Below are positions 1 through 12,445 of a DNA stretch of 64,000 nucleotides, piece after piece. The notes beneath the pieces are model-generated. The model worked only from the letters and a program-made list of their open reading frames with translations, was not told where the DNA came from and searched no databases. A program made the position numbers and the translations under genes. How positions within the stretch are numbered: the stretch's first letter is position 1; every line of letters starts with the position of its first letter. Source of the stretch: Squalus acanthias (lineage: Eukaryota); the NCBI GenBank assembly GCA_030390025.1, contig CM059432.1, positions 92,010,001 through 92,074,000 on the forward strand. The letters run 5' to 3'.

Positions 1-222
1 AAGGCAGCAGAACCGTTGCTTGAGCACCCCGATAGTCTGTTCGATGATGTTTCTGGTGGCGGCATAGCTCTCACTTTATGAGTGCTGGGCAGGAGTGTTG
101 GGGTTGCAGAGGGGAGTCATGAGCCATCTGGAGAGCGGATAGCCCTTGTCTCCGACCAGCCAGCCGTGAACTTGATGTGGTGGCTGGAAGAATGCTGGCA
201 CACCAGTCTGGCGCAAGATGAA
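1..222 (-). mobile_element. PIF/Harbinger transposase, C-terminal part (continues from 3312-3989, split by a CR1 insertion)
   Basis: Minus strand reads FILRQ...GWLVGDKGYPLSRWLMTP and ATRNIIEQTIGVLKQRF (DDE_Tnp_4/HARBI1-like motifs). Confidence 0.9.
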
Positions 223-3200
223 CATAAGAACATAAGAAATAGGAGCAGGAGTAGGCCAATCGGCCCCTCGAGCCTGCTCCGCCATTCAATAAGATCATGG
301 CTGATCTGATCCTAACCGCCAATCTACTATCTATCACAGAACCATCTCCTGCATCTAACAGAATTGCACACATGAAATAGGAGCAGAATCAGGCTACACG
401 GTCCCTGGGCCCGCTCCACTACCCACAGGGCCATGACCGGATCCGAACCTAGACTCATGTCCAAATTCCTGCCCGCTCCCCGTAACCCTTAATGCCCTTT
501 ACTTCTAGGAAACTGTCTATTTCTGTTTTAAATTTATTTAATGATGTAGCTTCTACAGCTTTTTGTGGCAGCATATTCCATGGACCTACCACCCTCTGAG
601 TGAAGTAGTTCCTCCTCATCTCAGTTTTGAAAGAGCAGCCCCTTATTCTAAGACTATGTCCTCTAGTTCTAGTCTCACCCGTCATTGGGAACATCCTCCC
701 CGCATCCACCCGATCCAACCCCTTCACAATCTTATATGTTTCAATAAGATCGCCTCTCATTCTTCTGAACTCCAATGCGTAGAGTCCCAATCTACCCAAC
801 CTCTCCTCATATGACCACCCCCTCATCCCCGGGATTAACCGAGTGAACCTTTTTTGCACTGCCTCGAGAGCAAGGATGTCTTTCCTTAAGTAAGGACACC
901 AAAATTGTATGCAGTATTCCAGGTGCGGTCTCACCAATACATAGAAACATAGAATCTAGGAGCAGGAGTAGGCCATTCGGCCCGTCGAGCCTGCCCCACC
1001 ATTCAATACGATCATGGCTGATCATCCAAGTCCAGTACCCTGTCCCTGCTTTAATCCCCACAGTACACATATCCCACCCTACCCCTGTAACCCCACGTAT
1101 TTAATTCCCTCCTAACATATCCCATCCTATCCCCATAACCCCACATATTTAATCCCCCCCTAACACTAAGGGTCAATTTATCATAGCCAAATCAACCTAA
1201 CCCGCACATTTTTGGACTGTGGGAGGAAACCGGAGCACCCGGAGAAAACCCACGCAGACACGGGGAGAATGTGCAAACTCCACACAGACAGTCACCCGAG
1301 GTCAGATTCGAACCCGGGTCCCTGGCGCTGTGAGGCACCAGTGCTAACCACTATGCCACCGTGTTACCTTGTACAACTGAAGCAATACCTCCCTATTTTT
1401 ATATTCTATCCCCCTAGCAATGAAAGCCAACATTCCATTTGCCTTCTTAATCACTTGCTGCACCTGCATACTAACCTTTTGAGTTTCGTGCACCAGGACC
1501 CCCAGATCCCTTTGCACTTCAGTACTCTCCAGTTTCTTGCCATTAAGATAATAAATTGCTCTAGGATTTTTCCTGCCAAAGTGCATCACCTCACACTTTC
1601 CAGTGTTGTATTCCATCTGCCAAATCTCTGCCCACTTACTTAGCCTGTCTATGTCCCCTTGCAGGTTTTTTATGTCCTCCTCACTCACTACTTTCCCTCC
1701 CATCTTTGTATCATCTGCAAATTTTGATATGTTACACTTGGTCCCTTCCTCCAAATCGTTAATATAGATTGTAAAGAGTTGGGGACCCAGCACTGACCCC
1801 TGTGGAACACCACTAGTTACTGATTGCCAGTCTGAGAATGAACCATTTATCCCAACTCTTTGCTTTCTGTTAGATAGCCAATCCTCTATCCATGCCAGAA
1901 TATTACCCCCAATCCCGTGATTTTTTACCTTAAGCAATAATCTTTTGTGTGTGGCACCTTGTCAAATGCCTTTTGGAAGTCTAAATACACTACGTCCACT
2001 GGTTCCCCTTTATCCACTCTATATGTTACTTCCTCAAAGAACTCCAGCAAATTTGTCAAACATGACTTCCCCTTCGTAAAACCATGCTGACTTTGTCCTA
2101 TTAAATTATGATTATCCAAATGTCCTGTTACTGTTTCCTTAATAATGGACTCCAAAATTTTACCTACCACAGATGTTAGGCTAACCGGTCTATAGTTACC
2201 AGCCTTCTGTCGACTGCCCTTTTTAAATAAGGGTGTTACATTAGCAGTTTTCCAGTCTGCCGGGACCTTAGCGGAATCCAGGGAGTTTTGAAAAATTATT
2301 ACCAATGCATCTACAATCCCTACCGCCACTTCCTTCAAGACTCTAGGATGTAAGCCATCAGGTCCAGGTTATTTATCCGCCTTGAGTCCCATTATTTTAC
2401 CGAGTACCACTTCCTTAGTGATTTTGATCGTGTTTAGCTCCTCTCCCCCTATAGCCCCCTGTTTGTCCAGTGTTGGGATATTCTTAGTGTCCTCTACTGT
2501 AAAGACTGATACAAAATATTCATTCAGTGTTTTTGCCATCTCCATATTTCCCACCATTAATTTCCCGGTCTCATCCTCTAAGGGACCAACATTTACTTTA
2601 GCCACCCTTTTTCTTTTTATATAACTATAAAAACTCTTACTATCTGTTTTTATATTTTTTGCTAATTTACTTTCATAATCTATCTTCCCTTTCTTAATCA
2701 ATCTTTTTGTTATTTTTTGCTGCCTTTTAAAGTTTTCCCAATCCTCTGTCCGCCCACTAGATGTCGCTACCTTATATGCCCTTGTTTTTAGTCGAATACT
2801 ATCCTTAATTTCTTTACTTAGCCACGGATGACTGTCCTTTCTTTTACACCCTTTTCTTTTCAGTGGAATATATATTTTTTGGAAGTTGTAAAATAACTCC
2901 TTGAATGTACACCACTGATCATGTGTCGTCTTACCCTTTAATCTATTTTCCCAATCCACTCTACTCAATTCCGCTCGCATACCTTCATAGTCTCCTTTAT
3001 TCAAGCTTAGCACGCTTGTTTGAGATCCAACCTTCTCACCCTCTAATTGAATATGGAATTCAACCATGTTATGGTCACTCAGTCCAAGAGGATCCTTTAC
3101 TAGGACATTTTTAATTAATCCTGTCTCGTTACACAGGACCAGATCTAAGGTTGCTTGCCCCCTGGTCGGTTCAGTTACATACTGCTCAAGAAACCCATCC

Positions 3201-3311
3201 CTAATACACTGAATGAACTCATCCTCAAGGCAGCCCTGCCCCATTTGATTTGTCCAATTAATATGATAGTTAAAATCCCCCATAATTATAGATGTTCCCT
3301 TATTACATGCC
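223..3311 (-). mobile_element. 5'-truncated CR1 LINE (part of the APE endonuclease, RT, 3' UTR); frameshifted and interrupted by a SINE
   Basis: ORFs 2369-3451, 1925-2338, 1344-1937 and 455-937 carry [46 protein letters not shown] and RPHLEYC; (TTCTTATG)n tail at 223-238. Confidence 0.95.
939..1364 (-). mobile_element. tRNA-derived V-SINE (HE1-like) with a CR1-type 3' tail
   Basis: Minus strand: A box TGGCATAGTGG, B box GGTTCGAATC, V-domain-like GTGTGGAGTTTGCACATTCTCCCCGTGTCTGCGTGGG, then a CR1-like 3' UTR ending in (TTTCTATG)n; splits the CR1 codons LYKV|LVRPH. Confidence 0.88.
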
Positions 3312-3989
3312 TGGATAGCGGGCATTGACATTGAGGATTCTCTGTCTGTGGTCGCACACCAACTGCACGTTAAGTGAGTGTTAGCCTTTGCGGTTACAGA
3401 AGATCTCAGGATTGTTATGCGGTGCCCGCAAAGCCATGTGGGTGCAATCAATGGTGCCCTGCACCATGGGGAATCCCGCTACCCTGGCAAAGCCACATGC
3501 ATGTTCGTCCTGCTTTTCTCTGGTGATGGGGAAGGAAATGTAGTTCTTTCTCCTACTGTAGAGAACCTCTGTGACCTCCCGGATGCAGCGATGGATGGCA
3601 AACTGCAAGATGTTAGCTATATATCCTGTTGCACACTGGAAGTATCCGCTGGCAAAGAAATTAAGGGTGATGGTGACCGTGAATGCCACTGAGAGAGCCG
3701 TGGTCGCCCTGATCTGAGGTTCGAAGTCTGGTTGCAGGAGGTGGCAGAGTTCTGTGACCACCTCCTTGCTGAAGCGGAGCCTTCTAATATACTGCTCTTC
3801 ACTTAATTGGAGCTTGGAGAAATGCTCTCGGAATACCCTCGAAGGGTAAGGCCTCCTGTAGAGAGCCCTCGTGACCCTTCTCCTCCCTCTGGCCACATGT
3901 TCCAATCTTTCTCGCTGCCTCCGCTCCCTCCACCGTAGATCCTGGAGGGTGAGGCCGGCTGCCAGTACAGCCCCCATTAATGCAACCAA
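3312..3989 (-). mobile_element. PIF/Harbinger transposase, N-terminal and central part
   Basis: ORF 3381-3989: RRLRFSKEVVTELC, LNFFASG, GFPMVQGTIDCTH, NRKG. Confidence 0.92.
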
Positions 3990-3997
3990 GTGTAGCT

Positions 3998-4517
3998 AAT
4001 GGATAGCTAATGTAAAACCTATATTTAAGAAGGGGGATAGAACATGTCCAGGGAATTATAGACCAGTCAGCTTAACATCAGTGGTAGGAAAAATAATGAA
4101 ATCTCCACTAAAGGAGAAAATAGAAGAACATCTAGAAACCAAAAATATAATAATGAATAGTCAGCATGGATTCCAAAAGGAAAAGTCTTGCTTGACCAAC
4201 CTCATTGAATTTTTTGAAGTCGTAACAGAGAGAACAGACAATGGTAATGCAGTAGATGTAATTCATCTAGATTTTCAAAAGGCCTTCGATAAGGTACCCC
4301 ATAATAGACTGATGAACAAGGTCAGAGAATGTGGAGTCAGGGGACAAGTCGCAGAATGGCTAGTTAGCTGGCTTCAAGACAGAAAGCAGAGAATAGGGTT
4401 AAAAGGTAACTATTCACAGTGACATAAGGTGGGTAGTGTTGTTCCACAAGGATCAGTGCTGGGACCACTGTTGTTCACAATTTATTTTAACGATTTAGAC
4501 TTTGGAATCAAAAACAA
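3998..4517 (+). mobile_element. CR1 RT fragment (AT-rich CR1 family 'C')
   Basis: [36 protein letters not shown]; ends just before the ISKFADD motif. Confidence 0.9.
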
Positions 4518-4518
4518 T

Positions 4519-5100
4519 GGGCCATATTTTCCGATCGGAGGCTTTCTGCGTGCGGAGGCCTCCGATCTGGAAAAAAATCTATGGACTTACCTGAGGGCTC
4601 CCGAGGTCCGGACACTTCCGCTCCTGGGCCTCTCCAACTCGAAATGTGCAGGGCCCACGTATCCCAGAGGCGCATGCGGTTCGCAAGATAGACCTGTCAA
4701 ATATATGAATGGAGATCACCCCAAAAGCACTTAAAAACATTAAATACATTTTTTTAATCACATTTTTAAAATTCGTTGAAATAACAATAAATTAAATATT
4801 TTAAACAAAAATTAAAATTTTTGAAAAAAATAATTAAAGTTTTTTACGGGGCTAAAAATAAACTTACCTTTTTTAAGTATTTTTAAATGATAAATGAGTG
4901 GAAAAAAATTGTTTTTTTTTATACTTTTGTCAAATCTTATGCTGGTAAAAGCAGGCCTTATGCCTGCTTTTACCAGGCGTAAGATTTCTAATGGTTTTCT
5001 GCGGGCGGAGGTGCTCCAGAAAGCGGAACTATCCGCCCACAGAGGCCCTTCTCCAGCGCAGGCGTCCGATCTGTCAAGAGCATTCTTGCCGGTTTGTCAC
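4519..5100. mobile_element. Non-autonomous Harbinger-type element (MITE), right end not found; related to 36583-37348
   Basis: TIR-like start GGGCCATATTTTCCG; shares AGACCTGTCAAAT..GAAT, CCCCAAAAG and AAACTTACCTT with the reverse complement of 36583-37348; AT-rich core. Confidence 0.6.
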
Positions 5101-5554
5101 TTTGATATGTTGTGAGAATTATTGTAACTAATTGTTAGTAGCCACAACACTCCTGATACTAAACAATCTTTAAATGACTGAATGAATCGATTGCACAATG
5201 TTGAACTGACAAGGAATCAGTGAAATAGTGGAAGTAGTTTATAGGGCCTCTAACAGTCGTTGTAGTGTCGAGCACAGTATAAATCAGGAAATTAGAGAGG
5301 CATGTAACAAGGGTAATACAGTAATCATGGGGGACTTTAGTTTTCATATAGACTGGGCAAACAAATTTGCAGTAATAGTGCAGAGGACGAGTTCATGGAA
5401 TGCATTCAAAATAGTTTTCTAGATCAGTATGTCACAGAACCAACTAGGGAACAGGCTACTTTAGATCTAGCATTGTGCAATGAGACAGGGTTAATTAATA
5501 ACCTTGGAGGAAAGGAACCCCTGGGGAACAGTGAACATAATATGATAGAATTTT

Positions 5555-6878
5555 ATTACATAGGATTACATAGGATATACAGCACAGAAACAGGCCATTC
5601 GGCCCAACCAGTCCATGTTGGCGTCTTTGCTCCACTCGAGCCTCCCGTCTTTCCTCACCTAACTCTTTCAGCATAACCCTCTATTCTCTTCTCCCTCATA
5701 TGCTTATATAGCCTCCCCTTAAATGCATCTATACTATTCACTTCAACCACTCCCTGTGGTAGCGAGTTCCACATTCTCACAACTCTCTGAATTCCCTATT
5801 TAATTTCTTGGTGACTATCTTATATTGATAGCCTTTAGTTTTGCTCTTCCCCAAAAGTGGAAACACTCTCTCTATGTCTGTTCTATCAAAACCTTTCATA
5901 ATTTTAAAGACCTCTATTAGGTCCCCCCTTAGCCTTCTCTTTTCAAGAGAAAAAAGACCCAGCCTGTTCGTCCTTTCCTAATAGGTATACCCTCACATTT
6001 CTGGTATCATCCTTGTAACTCTTTTATGCACCCTCTCCAGTGCCTCTATATCCTTTCTATAATATGGCAACCAGAACTGCACGCAGTACTCCAAGTGTGG
6101 ACTAACCAAGGTTCGATACAAGTTTAGCATAACTTCTCTACTTTTCAATTCTGTCGGTCTAGAAAAAAACCCTGGTGCTTGGTTTGCTTTTTTTATGGCC
6201 TTATTAATCTGCGTTGCTACTTTTAGTGATTTGTGGATTTGTACTCCAGAAGAATGAGGGGGGATCTTATAGAGACGTTTAAAATCCTGACTGGTTTAGA
6301 CAAATTAGATGCGGGCAGAATGTTTCCAATGTTAGGGAAAACTAAAACCAGGGGTCACAGTCTAAGGATAAAGGGGAAGCCATTTAAGACTGAGATGAGG
6401 AGGAACTTCTTCACCCAGAGAGTGGTGAATCTGTGGAATTCTCTACCACAGAAGGTTGTTGAGGCCAGTTCGCTAAATATATTCAAAAGGGAATTAGATA
6501 TAATACTCACAACTAGGGGGATCAAGGGGTATGGCGAGAAAGCAGGAATGGGGTACTGAGGTAGCATGTTCAGCCATGAACGCATTAAATGGTGGTGCAG
6601 GCTCGAAGGACCGAATGGTCTACTCCTGCACTATTTTCTATGTTTCTATCCCTTTGCTCTTCTAACCCATTTAGATTCTTATTTTCCAAGTAATATGTGA
6701 CCTCCTTATTTTTCTTACCAAAATATAATACCTCACATTTATCTGTGTTGAAATTAATTTGCCAATTATATGCCCATTCTGCAAGTTTATTAATGTCTTC
6801 TTGTAATTTTTTGCAGTCCTCCTCAGTATTGACTATCCCCCCAAATTTGGTGTCATCTGCAAATTTAGAAATTGTGTT
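5555..6878 (-). mobile_element. 5'-truncated CR1 (family C) nested in a CR1
   Basis: Minus strand ISKFADDTK through the C-terminal domain and 3' UTR; tail (CCTATGTAAT)n at 5555-5575. Confidence 0.88.
6248..6649 (+). mobile_element. CR1 3' fragment nested in 5555-6878
   Basis: RRMRGDLIETFK...TRGHSLRI...WNSLP, then 3' UTR and (TTTCTATG)n tail. Confidence 0.9.
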
Positions 6879-9289
6879 GCGTTTGAGAGTGATTTAGTTA
6901 AGTCCGAAACTAGGGTCTTAAATTTGAACAATGCAAACTACATAGGTATGAGAGGCAAGTTGGCTGAGGTAGGCTGGGAAAGTAGATTAAAATATATAAT
7001 GTTAGATAAGCAATGGCAAACATTTAAAGAAATAATAAATAATTCACAACGAAAATACATTCCCTTAAGGAATAAAAACTCCAAGGGAAAAATGGTTTAA
7101 CCATGGCAAACAAGAGAAGTTAAAGATAGTATTAGATTAAAGGAAGAGGTCTATAATGTTGCCAAAAGAGTAGTAAGTCTAAGGATTGGGAGGATTTTAG
7201 AATTCAGCAAAGGAGGACCAAGCAATTGATAAAGAGAGAGAAAATAGAATACGAGAGTAAACTAGCAAGAGACATGAAAACAGTTTGTAAAAGCTTCTAT
7301 AGGTATATAAAAAGGAAGAGATTAGCAAAAGTAAATGTGGGTCCCTCACAGGCAGAGACAGGAGAAATTATAATGGGGAATAAGGAAATGGCAGAGACAT
7401 TAAGCAAATACTTTTTATCTGTCTTCACAGAAGAAGACACAAAAAGCATTCCGGAAATAGTGGGGAACCAAGGGTCTAGTCAGAATGAGTAACTTAAAGA
7501 AATTAGTATCAGTAAAGAAATAGTACTGCAGAAATTAATGGGACTAAAAGGTGACAAATCTCCCGGACCTGATGGCCTTCATCCTAGGGTTTTAAAAGAG
7601 GTGGCCACAGAGATAGTGGATGCATTGGTTGTGATCTTCCAGAATTCCCTAGATTCTAGAATGGTCCCAGCGGATTGGAAGGTAGCAAATGTAACCCCGC
7701 TATTCAAGATAGAGGGAGAGAGAAAACAGGGAACTATAGACCAGTTAGCCTGACATCAGTTGTAGGGAAAATGCTAGAATCTATTATTAGGGACATGGTA
7801 ACAGGGCACTTAGAAAATCATAATATGATTAGGCAGAGTCAACATGGTTTCATGAAAGGGAAATTGTGTTTGACAAATCTATTAGAGTTTTTTGAGGTTG
7901 TAACTAGCAGGGAAGATGTAGTGTATTTGGATTTTCAGAAAGTATTTGATAACGTGCCACATAAGAGGTTATTATACAAAATTAGGGCTCATGGGATTGG
8001 GGGTAATATACTAGCATGGATTGAAGATTGGTTAATGGACAGAAAACAGAGAGTAGGAATAATCAGGTCATTTTCAGGTTTGCAGGCTTTAACTAGTGGG
8101 GTACCACAAGGATCAGTGCTTGGGCCTCAGCTATTTACAATCTATATCAATGACTTAGATGAAGGGACCTAGTGTAATGTATCCAAGTTTGCTGACAATA
8201 CAAAGCTAGGTGGGGAAGTAATTTGTGAGGAGGACGCAAAGAGGCTGCAAAGGTTAAGTGAGTGGGCAAGAACATGGCAGATGGAATAAAATGTGGAGAA
8301 ATATGAAGTTATCCACTTTGGTAGGAAAAATAGAAATGTAGAATATTTTTTAAATCATGAGAGATTGGGAAATATTGATATTCAGAGGGACCTGGGAGTC
8401 CTTGTACACGAATCACTGAAAGTTAACAGACAGGTACAGCAAGCAATTAGGAAAGCAAATGGTATGTTGGCCTTTATTACAAAAGGATTGGAGTATAAGA
8501 GTAAAGAAGTCTTACTGCAATTATATAGGGCCTTGGTGAGACCACTTGGTGAGTACTGTGTACAGATTTGGTCTCCTTACCTAAGGAAGGATATACTTGC
8601 CTTAGAGGGAGTGCAACAAAGGCGCACCAGACTGATTCCTGGGATGGGGGGATTGTCCTATGAGGGGAGTTTGAGGAGACTAGGCCTATATTCTCTAGAG
8701 TTTAGAAGAATGATTTTACATTAGAGAAGTGCTCATAAATACTTTTAGAGGTAACTCCCATATCTCCCCACCACAGCCACCCACCCGCCACCCACCATCA
8801 CTCAAGCACTCTGTCTTGAAAGATAACAAATCATCCTGAATGGGTTAATCTGAGCCTTTGAAAGGCAAAACCTTTAGACCAAATTGTCATCACGTTGTGA
8901 CATTTGATGGGTGCCAATGTCTTCCAATAAGATGTTAAATTCTTAAAACTACTGGATCTCTTGCTGCACCATCAACATTCATGCGGTCCGGTAAAACCAT
9001 GGCCCCCTGTTTAAATGAAAAGAAAAACAGAGAATCCATTGTGGCTCTTCTTAAGAGCCCAAGCGGTTAATTTGTCAGTTCATGAATTCCTTCTGTCACC
9101 GTGGGGAAATATCCCCTCAAATTAAGAAAATTAAATTTAATAATGCCCAATATATAAATTTGCATTCAGCAATACAAAAGTATGTGGTGAATTAAAAACA
9201 GCTGTCAGCGGAAAGGGTTAACTTCTTCGTATGTTTATAAGAAGATAGCACCAGATGCAATTGCAAACTGCAGCCCATCCAAAACTCTG

Positions 9290-9596
9290 TTGTTGGTATC
9301 CTATCACAAACCAAGTCCTCTTGCCCATCACCCCCTGTCCTTGTTGATCTAGATTAACTCCCTATCATTCAACTCCTCAAATTAAAATTCTCAATCTTGT
9401 ATTTAAACCCCTCTCTATCTCTGTAACTACCTCCAGTGCTACAGCCCCCTTTCTGCTTATACTCTTATTCTTCTGACTTCAGACTCTTGAAGGTCATGCC
9501 TTCAGCTGCCTAGGTCTCATGCTCTGGAATTACCTCCCGAAACCCATCTGTCTTTCCACCTCACTGTCCTCCTGTAAGATCCACCTTAAACCCCCC
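9290..9596 (+). mobile_element. L2 LINE 3' region, left part (split by the Harbinger element)
   Basis: CCCATCACCCCCTGTCCTTGTTGA, GCCTTCAGCTGCCTAGG and CTCTGGAATT are L2-like C-terminal motifs; continues at 17941. Confidence 0.7.
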
Positions 9597-10229
9597 AGCC
9601 GCAAAATTCGGCACCTTAGCACTGGCAGTTAAGGCCAATTTCGAGAAAAAAATGGTGGCCACCTCACTCCTGCCATCTTCTGGAGCAACCTGCGCTGGTC
9701 ATCTTGATGAGGGTAAAAGCACGGGTGGGACGCCGGCAGTATGCAGAGTAGGCAAATCGTGACATCAGCCAGCGTGTAACGTTGATTTAATGCACGACCT
9801 GCCATTTTGGACGTTGCCATTACACACAACACCCTCTCCTAAACACGCACAGCTGAACATGCGTTCCGCTGCACAAGGGACCACCCCCCACCCAGCGCAA
9901 TTTAAAGGGAAACATCCAACTTGCAGGTTAGTTGATTATTTCTCTTTTACTGGCTCTTGCAGAGTTTGTATGAATACTGGCTTGCTGGAAGACATTTATA
10001 ACATTGTTAAAGTGTGCAGGGAGTGCTGCTGGATGTTGGAAGCAGTTGGCTGCAACTGGAAGGCCTCTGACTATACCACTTGCTCCCAGTCATGGGGGCT
10101 TAACTTCTAGTCCTCCTCACGCTGCAGCATGACAGAGAGATGGAGCAGAGGCAGCAAAGAAAAGCTGCTCGCAGAGGGAGGAGGAGGGTGAGGAGGGCTC
10201 TCAGCAGAAGGCCTTACCCACCTAGGGTC

Positions 10230-10697
10230 AGCCGTGACTCAGTTGGTAGCACTCTCATCTCCGAGTTGGAAGGTTGTGGGTTCAAGTCCCACTCCAGAGA
10301 CTTGAGGACAAAAATCTAGTCTGACACTCTAGTGCAGTGCTGAGGGAGTGCTGCACTATCGGCAGTGCCATCTTTCAGATGAGACATTAAACTGAGGCCC
10401 TGTCTGCCCTCTTAGGTGGATGTAAAAGATCCTATGGCACTATTTCAAAGAAGCAGGAGAGTTATCCCCGGTGTCATAGCCAATATTTATCCCTCAAATC
10501 AACATCATTAAAACAGATTATCTGGTCTTTATCACATTGCTGGTTGTGGGAGCTTGCTATGCGCTAATAAGCTGCCGTGTTTCCTATGTTACAACAGTGA
10601 CTACACTTCAAAAAGTACTTCATTGGTTGTAAAGTGCTTTGGGATGTCCGGTGGTCATGAAAGGCACTATATAAATGCAAGTTTTTCTTTTCTTTCT
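10230..10697 (+). mobile_element. tRNA-derived DeuSINE (SacSINE1-like) with an L2-type tail
   Basis: A box TGACTCAGTTGG, B box GGTTCAAGTCC, Deu-domain-like GGTGGATGTAAAAGATCCTATGGCACTATTT, tail GGCACTATATAAATGCAAG(TCTT)n; absent from the same site of the sister Harbinger (20101-20120). Confidence 0.85.
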
Positions 10698-10965
10698 TTC
10701 AGGGAACACTTCTACCTGCACCTAAGCCAGGAGTGGTGTATTCGCCGGCTCCGCTTCACCAAGGAGGAGGTCACAGAACTCTGCCACCTCTTGGAACCAG
10801 ACCTGCGGCCTCAGAGCAGGGTGGCGATGGCGCTGCCAGTGGCCTTCAAGGTGACCAGGGCCCTGAATTTTTTCGCCAGCGGATCCTTCCAGGCTGGAAC
10901 ATGCAACATAGCAAACATCTTGCTGTTCGCCATCCATCACTGCATCCGGGAGGTCACAGAGGCTC

Positions 10966-12445
10966 TGTAGGAGGGGTACGCATGTGACTTTGAAGGGATA
11001 ATTACAAGTCCTAGCCCTTCTCGGGCTACCCCAGATCAGGCGTATTCCCCAGACGTTCCCCTTCAACTAAAGTTAGAGATAGCCGAATCCTATAAGACGC
11101 TTAATTGGGTCTAAAGGTCAGACTGTCTCTCCCTAAAGGAAAGGAATGGCCTGAAGATGTTACCATCCTCCGGATAGCACTTTTAACAAGTTTAACTAGA
11201 CTGTAGCCTTCCGGATATTATGAGGGTCTGGAAAACCCCCCCAGAATTCTGCAACTCCTCACAAAAGAGTGTACAGAAATTGAGTTTGCGAGGTTGATAC
11301 AGAAATACTCTGTGAGACAATTTTAAAAATATATAGATTTATTAAAGAACCAAAATTTAGTTAACAACTGTTGATTTCAATCGCAACTTTAACAGTCAAA
11401 ATACAAATAGCTTACATTTCTTATCAGAGATCCTTATTCTCAAATCTTAACTTCGTTACATTTCCACACTTCTAATTATTTCTTAATCCAGAATATCCAC
11501 CAAAATCAAATACCTTGATTACCCGAGACTCAAAGAGTTGTAGGCCTACAGAGTGGTTCTGAAGGTGAGAATCGCTTGCCTTTCCAGCGACTTCTGACTT
11601 TCTGTCTGAAAAGCTCTATTTTTATACCTTTTTGCAGTGGCATATTCTTTGAAGTTTGCTGCTGATGTAAGCTAATTATCTCTAGCCATACCTCTGTTGA
11701 CTTCTTTCTATTCTTACTGTTAATTCAACTGTTAGCTTTCAGAATCCTGTCTGCTGTATAGGTGTTTCAAAACTTATCATAAAAAATAATGTAACAGCAG
11801 TATCTATTTGATGCCATTCTTAGCAAAGTCTTCCATTGATTTCTTAATATTGGCTTAACTGCTTGTATTACAGACTTCTCGTCTCCTTGTATTCCAAGTT
11901 CAACACACAAACAATGTGATTGCTTGGTACATCTATTGATGTAATATTTTCAAAGTCTTCTGTAGGTATCTTTTACAACATGTAAATTATAAACATTTCA
12001 TCTAGGGTGTTCTTTGCATTTCTTAGCTACTTCAATTGGTTGTATATATAATCTTGTTTCCTGTTTCATTTGATGTTACTTTTACAAAGGCACATGGTTT
12101 TTTAATGTTCTGTTTTTCTGTTCGACGTGTTAGTTTTTAACACTTTACTTGGGCATTGCTATTGTGTTGGTTCCAAACTACAGAGTCCTTGGAACCAACT
12201 CTTTGCTTCTTCAATGAGGCCATTGTGTCAGTGTCAATAACCAATCTTTATCTCAAAAGCCTGTATGGTGTTTACAGCTTTGTGTTAACACTTCATCTTA
12301 TCTCAGAAGCCTGTATTTCTGTTTACTGCTTGTGTCGTTGAGGCTTTTAGATTTTTAACCCCAGTTTGTCATATTTTAATAAAGTCTGAATTCTGTTCAT
12401 AGGATGGTGTATTTTTCTGAAATATGTTTGGCTCATTCCTTTACA
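10966..12445 (-). mobile_element. Probable solo LTR, about 1.48 kb
   Basis: TGTA...TACA termini; minus-strand TATA (GGTATAAAAATA, ~11617-11628) upstream of AATAAA (~11338-11343); absent from the sister Harbinger; no TSD found. Confidence 0.6.

Larger units (their letters stand above)
5228..8712 (+). mobile_element. Degenerate CR1 LINE (EN to RT) hosting two nested CR1 pieces
   Basis: ORF pieces 5228-5676, 7226-8172 and 8293-8724; the reading continues across the 5555-6878 insert (NMIEFY|AFESDL). Confidence 0.9.

Noticed and set aside
3381..3989. Domesticated HARBI1 host gene
   Set aside because: Multiple disrupted copies, some with TIRs and TSDs, show these are transposons.
10230..10300. 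tRNA genes (also ~1290-1364 and ~36465-36553)
   Set aside because: A/B boxes belong to SINE heads that continue into SINE bodies; no complete cloverleaf.
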